Shown in pieces: positions 51,466-64,000 of a stretch of DNA of 64,000 nucleotides. A model generated the notes under the pieces. The model was not told the DNA's origin and did no database searches. It worked only from the letters and a program-made list of their open reading frames with translations. Origin of the DNA: the human T2T-CHM13v2.0 reference genome, Homo sapiens. The DNA lies in NCBI RefSeq assembly GCF_009914755.1, contig NC_060931.1; one strand, written 5' to 3'. Made by a program: the position numbers and the translations under genes. Numbering within the stretch: position 1 is the stretch's first letter; each line of letters begins with the position of its first letter.

Positions 51466-51790
51466 TATCTCAGTCTGTTTGTGCTGCTCCAACAAAATAC
51501 CTGAGACTGGGTAATTTATAAGGAACAGAAATCTATTTCTTACCATTCTGGAAGCTAGGAAGTCTAAGATCACAGTGCCAGCAGGTTTGGCGTCTCTGCT
51601 TCCAAGATGGCACCTTAAATGCTACTTCCTTTGGAGGGAACAAATGCTGTGCCCTAACATAGTAGAAGGAGCAAAAGGGTCAAGCACCTCCCTTGCACCT
51701 CTTTTATAAGGTCATTAATCCTATTAATACCATTACTAGTGATTAAGTATCAACATACAAATTTTGGGAGAACACATTAAGACCATAGCA
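51466..51790. mobile_element. MST/MLT-type MaLR solo LTR
   Basis: caaaatacctgagactgggtaatttataaggaacagaaat...ttccaagatggcacc...agaccatagca. Confidence 0.8.
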
Positions 51791-51874
51791 TATGGATAGA
51801 TCATGATATGGGATATATTTTGATTTGTTTAACATGTCTGCCTCTGATAGACATTAATTTCCAGTGTTTTGCTA

Positions 51875-52176
51875 TTACCAACTTTGACATGGTGAGTCAC
51901 TTGGGATATTGATCTCTTCACATTTGTTAGTGTATCTAACAAATACACTAACTGTTAGTTTTTGAACTCTTTGAAGCAGGAGACTACCACTTAAAAGTTG
52001 TAGTATTGACATTGTCATTATATCAATAATGTATTGATGTTATAGTATCATAACATTGATGTTAAGTATTGGTAATATTGCTGTTAAGTCATTAGTTTAG
52101 AACTTCAACAATCAAGTTCATTCACTTAACAAATACACGTTTTGTACTTGCTGTGTGCTGGCCACTGGGGAAACTG
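51875..52176 (+). repeat. Dispersed direct repeat, copy 1
   Basis: Aligns by eye end to end with 56779-57054. Confidence 0.9.
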
Positions 52177-53318
52177 AATTAAATGCTGTGGCAGTTGAAA
52201 TAGAGGCATGGTGATTAAGAGTTTTCGGATCTAGAGTCAGACTTGGATTCATATCTCAGTTCTAAAGCTTAACTGAACCTTTGGCAAATAACAGAACTTC
52301 TATTTTTCCTTCTCTGTAATGTGGGAATCATAAGGTTATTGGAGAAGTAAATGAGATAGTACATGACAAATCCTTAGCATGATGCCTGGCATATAATAAA
52401 CACTGAGATGTTAGCTTAAAAAAAGTTATCAGACTATATTGCAGTTGACTTTATGTTCTGCCTCCACTGTGCTTAAAGTCTAGGCCTGTGTTTTGTTCAC
52501 CTTTGTGTCCCCAACCCATAACTGGCTTGCATTTAGTAAAAAATTTGTGATACGATATAAAGGTATGCAGAGCATACAGTGAAAGTTCAAAGCAGGATAC
52601 CTTTTCCATGCTGGAGAAGGTGAATCTTTGAAAGTCGGTAGGAGTGATTAGGTAAAGGAGGTGAAGGAGTAAAGATAATTATTCTAGACTGAGAAATTAT
52701 GTTAGTATCAGGTTATGAGGTTAGAAGAGGTAAGTAGGCAACTGGTATTGCTGTGCTGAGAATTTAAAAATCTTTATTGAAGGCTTTAAAAGAAAAGTGG
52801 TAATCGTAAGAATCGTGATGATAATTCTCTCTGTTGAGAGTTGACAGGGCACCAGGTTGGAGCCATTAAATTGAAGGAGTTTAATGTAGCAGTTTAGGAC
52901 TAAAAATTGGTCAGAAGCAGGGCAATGGGAAAGGACATGAGGGGGATGGTTGTAAGGTGTTAGGGAAGATGTGGGTGGTGAGTAATGAGTCCAGAATATT
53001 TGAGCTTTCTGACTTGAGTGAATGGGTAGATGAATAGATGCTATTTCTTGAAATAGGTAATTTGAAACATGAAATTGAGAGGCCTGGGGGACATCCAAGT
53101 GGACATGTCTTGTAGGGTCTCAATACTAGGAAGACATCTAGGATAGAAAATAAACATTTTCTGATAATTGTAAATGTATTCATTTGTGCTTTGAATTTTT
53201 ATGTTTAGTAAGTGAGTTTGTGAACAGAGTTGAAGGAAATTACAATAAAGTGATTTGTGTGAAACTTCGTTGTCCTTCAAATATAGACTGAGGTCTCCAG
53301 TTTCTGGGGTAGTACTAA

Positions 53319-53623
<305 letters not shown>

Positions 53624-53771
53624 AGATGTTTACTTATTTAAAATTTCAGCTGGTACGTTTCACAGCAGCAGTTGCTTCAGACTCAGGGTTATGCTAGTGT
53701 TTCTTTGCAGGAGTGACATTTTGTATCCTTATATATTGTTATTGTCCATTCAGATTGTAATGAGTTAATGA

Positions 53772-54069
<298 letters not shown>

Positions 54070-54600
54070 GAGTTCTTTCTTTTGAGGAAGATTTTGGTAT
54101 GTATTGTCCTTCAGTTTTAGAGAATACAGTAAATATTTTGAATGAGATCATTATTTGTGTAAGAGGAGGCAAAATTCTCATAATAATTTTCTTAGTTCTT
54201 TCCATTTATATATTTTTTTAAAAAATAAGGAGAGTACCACCTTATTTATTACATGTAACATTTTGGGGTATGAGGCGATCTATACAAGGAAAAATTTTCC
54301 AGAAACTAATGTTCTCTCAAATATTAACATTTTAAAGTATTTCTAATAATAAAAATTTAGTATATAAACTTGGTTTCTTTTATGATTAACTTAAACAAAT
54401 TAGCCACAAGGGGAAAAATAAATTATTTCAATCATTGTAAGTTAATTTGTATTCTTTCTAAATATATAGGTTGTAATTAGGGGTGTATTAGTGGTCCTAA
54501 ACCCTGGACCAGCATTGGAAACATTTCTAATGTTTAACACAGTTGGAGACTCTATAACTCACTAGGTGGGAAGTGGGGCTTAGAAGCTTGCTTATTAAGA

Positions 54601-55155
54601 GGCGGGCATGGTGGCAGTGGTTCTCATCGGTAAACCCAGCATTTTGGGAGGTCGAGGCGGGCTGATCACTTGAGGTCAGGAGTTCGAGACCAGTCTGGCC
54701 AACATGGTGAAACCCTGTTTCTACTAAAAATACAAAAATTAAGGCTGGGCGCGGTGGCTCATGCCTGTAATCCCAGCACTTCGGGAGGCCGAGGCGGGTG
54801 GATCATGAGGTCAGGAGTTCAAGACCAGCCTGGCCAAGAAGGTGAAACCCTGTCTCTACTAAAAATACAAAAATTAGCTTCCTGCAGTGGCAGGTGCCTA
54901 TAATCCCAGCTACTCGGGAGGCTGAGGCAGGAGAATCGCTTGAACGTTTCAAAAATAAACAAAAAACAAACAAAAAAATTAGCCAGACATGGTGGTTGGT
55001 GCCTGTAATCCCAGTTACTCAGGAGGCTGAGGCAGGAGAATTGCTTGAACCTAGGAGGCAGAGGTTGCCGTGAGCCAAGATCAAGCCTCTGCACTGCCTG
55101 GTGACAGAATGATACTCTGTCTCCAAAACAAAAAAAAAAAAAACAAAAAAAAAAC
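54601..55155 (+). mobile_element. Alu-in-Alu; the inner copy (54743-54978) has lost part of its right arm
   Basis: Outer left arm, aaaaatta duplication, inner Alu jumping from cgcttgaac to gtttcaaaaa, then outer right arm and tail. Confidence 0.88.
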
Positions 55156-56362
55156 AGTTTTTAGAGAGATGGCTAACTCAACTTCAGCTGTGGGCGAAAA
55201 AGATAACTAGAATGACTTAGCTGGCAAGTAGACCCACCAAAAATACTTGTTTGTGTTAGTGCATGGTGCTGTGCTGTTAGAGAGGTAATTACATAGACAT
55301 AGGCCCCACGTCCCTTCCCCACCCCCCCATTTTTTTTTTTTAATTTTGGAATAGTTTTGGATTTGCTGAAAAGTTGAAGCCCCTTTCTTTTTGAAAGCTA
55401 AACATGTGGTCAACACAGAGGAAATGCAGAAATAATGCTACAGACATGCAAATATAGCACGATATATGATATAAATGCACCATCAACGTTAGTACTGGCC
55501 AGGGTTAAGGGAAATGTCAAGGGAATGGGGGTTTTATGCTTAATGGAAACATCTTTTATTTGAATCTGTGTTGAAAGTTTTGGGAGGCTCCATTGCTTTT
55601 TAATTGAAGGATGTGTATTCTAGTTCTGGTTGGTGGGTAGTGGATTTCATTTAACAATTAGAATCTAGCTAAGATAAACAAAGGACCTTTTTCCCCCGTA
55701 GGGTAGTTTCCTCATTGTTCTTATGGCTTCCAGTCTCTTCCCACTTCATTTAATAAATAAATCTTTTAAGATTACTATACCTAAAACATTACTTTTACAA
55801 AATAACTTACCTATTATAGTAACATAAATATGTCTATTATTTATAGTATTGGCTTCTAGAGCTCTTGTTAAAAATATTATTTCTTGGGCTCTATCGGCAA
55901 GATTCTAATTCCCTACTTCTAGACTGGGGCACAGATTTCTATTTTTAATCAAAAGCTCCCCATATTCTTCTGATTATAGCCAGGTTTGGGAATAACTTTT
56001 CTGCAAGATATAAGTCCGGAGGCCTTAATAATAACTATCATCTGTAGGGCAACCACTGTAACAACTGTCATTTATTGTACTTACTGTATGTGAAGTGCCA
56101 AACCCTTTATGTTAATTGTTTTGTATATACCTTACAAATATCCTCATCAAGATGTTATCCCAATCTAAGGCTCAGAAAGGTTATGTAACTTACCCGCCTG
56201 AACACAAATAAGTTACAGCAGATACTGGAATTCAGATTTCTAGCTAGCTGTACATATACTGCCTTATGAATCTTTTATATATTAAAAACTTTTAGGTCAT
56301 CATTTTAGCACCTCCTTGGTTTGACCTTTTCCTACTTACAAATGAGTAATATTCAGTATTCC

Positions 56363-56675
56363 TTTTTTTTTTTTGGAAAGAGTCTCGCTCTGTCACCCAG
56401 ACTGGAGTGCAGTGGCATGATCTCAGCTCACTGTTGCAACCTCCACCTCCTGGGTTCAAGCGATTCTCATTCTCTCCTGGGTTCAGCTGCTGGCCTCCCC
56501 AGTAGCTGGGATTACAGGCGTGTGCCACCATGCCTGGCTAATTTTTTTGTATTTTTGTAGGCATGGGGTTTTGCCATGTTGACCAAGCTGGTCTCAAACT
56601 CCTGAGCTCAGGTGATCTGCCTGCCTCAGCCTCCTAAAGTGCTAAGATTACAGGAGTAAGCCACTGCACTCGGCC
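56363..56675 (-). mobile_element. Alu
   Basis: Reverse Alu; TSD aatatt(c)agtattc. Confidence 0.92.
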
Positions 56676-56778
56676 AATATTAGTATTCTTGCTTCTGGTT
56701 ATGGTGTTTGTACCTGCCTTGAAGTCCTATCATCTGTTAAGGAAGGCCCATATCAAAACTACCCATTCTGAGAAGCTT

Positions 56779-57054
56779 TTACCAACCATGACATGATGAG
56801 TAACTTGGGATATTGATCATTTCACATTCGATAGTGTATCAGTGCTTTTGAACTCTTTGAAATAAGAGACTATCAGTTGTAGTATTGACATTAAGTTCAT
56901 TACATCAATAATGTATTGATATTATATTACTGTAACATTGATGTTAACTATTGGTAGTATTGCTGCTAAGTCATTAGTTTAGAACTTCAACAACTTCATT
57001 CATTTAACAAACACATGTTTTATACCTGCTGTGTGCTGGTCACTGGGGAAACTG
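56779..57054 (+). repeat. Dispersed direct repeat, copy 2
   Basis: Shares acttgggatattgatc, ttttgaactctttgaa, atcaataatgtattgat, taagtcattagtttagaacttcaacaa and cactggggaaactg with copy 1. Confidence 0.9.
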
Positions 57055-57109
57055 TTAAAAGTTGGAGAGTATTTTCTTTCATGCTTTTTCTGTAAACTTA
57101 AAAAAGCTG

Positions 57110-64000
<6,891 letters not shown>

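Noticed and set aside
56793-56900. Intronic C/D snoRNA suggested by ATGATGA in duplicate copy 2
   Set aside because: No properly placed CTGA box D or terminal stem; copy 1 reads ATGGTGA

Overview
Primate (most likely human) genomic DNA, repeat-dense and non-coding except for one exon. A CpG island at about 43.25-45.07 kb holds the first coding exon of SEPTIN7 (+ strand, ATG 44211, [27 protein letters not shown]). Everything to its right is SEPTIN7 intron 1; no further septin exon was recognised in the window. The island looks bidirectional: outward-facing YY1 sites, a TCTCGCGAGA element and a minus-strand donor, consistent with a divergent lncRNA (recalled as SEPTIN7-DT) running leftward. The left 43 kb contains about 20 Alus, three 5'-truncated L1PA copies, old L1M/L2/MIR, MaLR and DNA-transposon relics, and a GCSH processed pseudogene. 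Best observations: (1) a four-level nest, MIR > AluS > GCSH retrocopy > L1PA, with all target-site duplications (TSDs) readable; (2) a twin-primed L1 with an apparent 3' transduction that shares a frameshift and several substitutions with a neighbouring L1; (3) a possible in-frame alternative SEPTIN7 first exon with a poly-Ala tract and GC donor; (4) an about 300-bp non-TE duplication in intron 1. I found no convincing evidence of a wholly new biological system. Repeat subfamily calls are by eye and boundaries are approximate.
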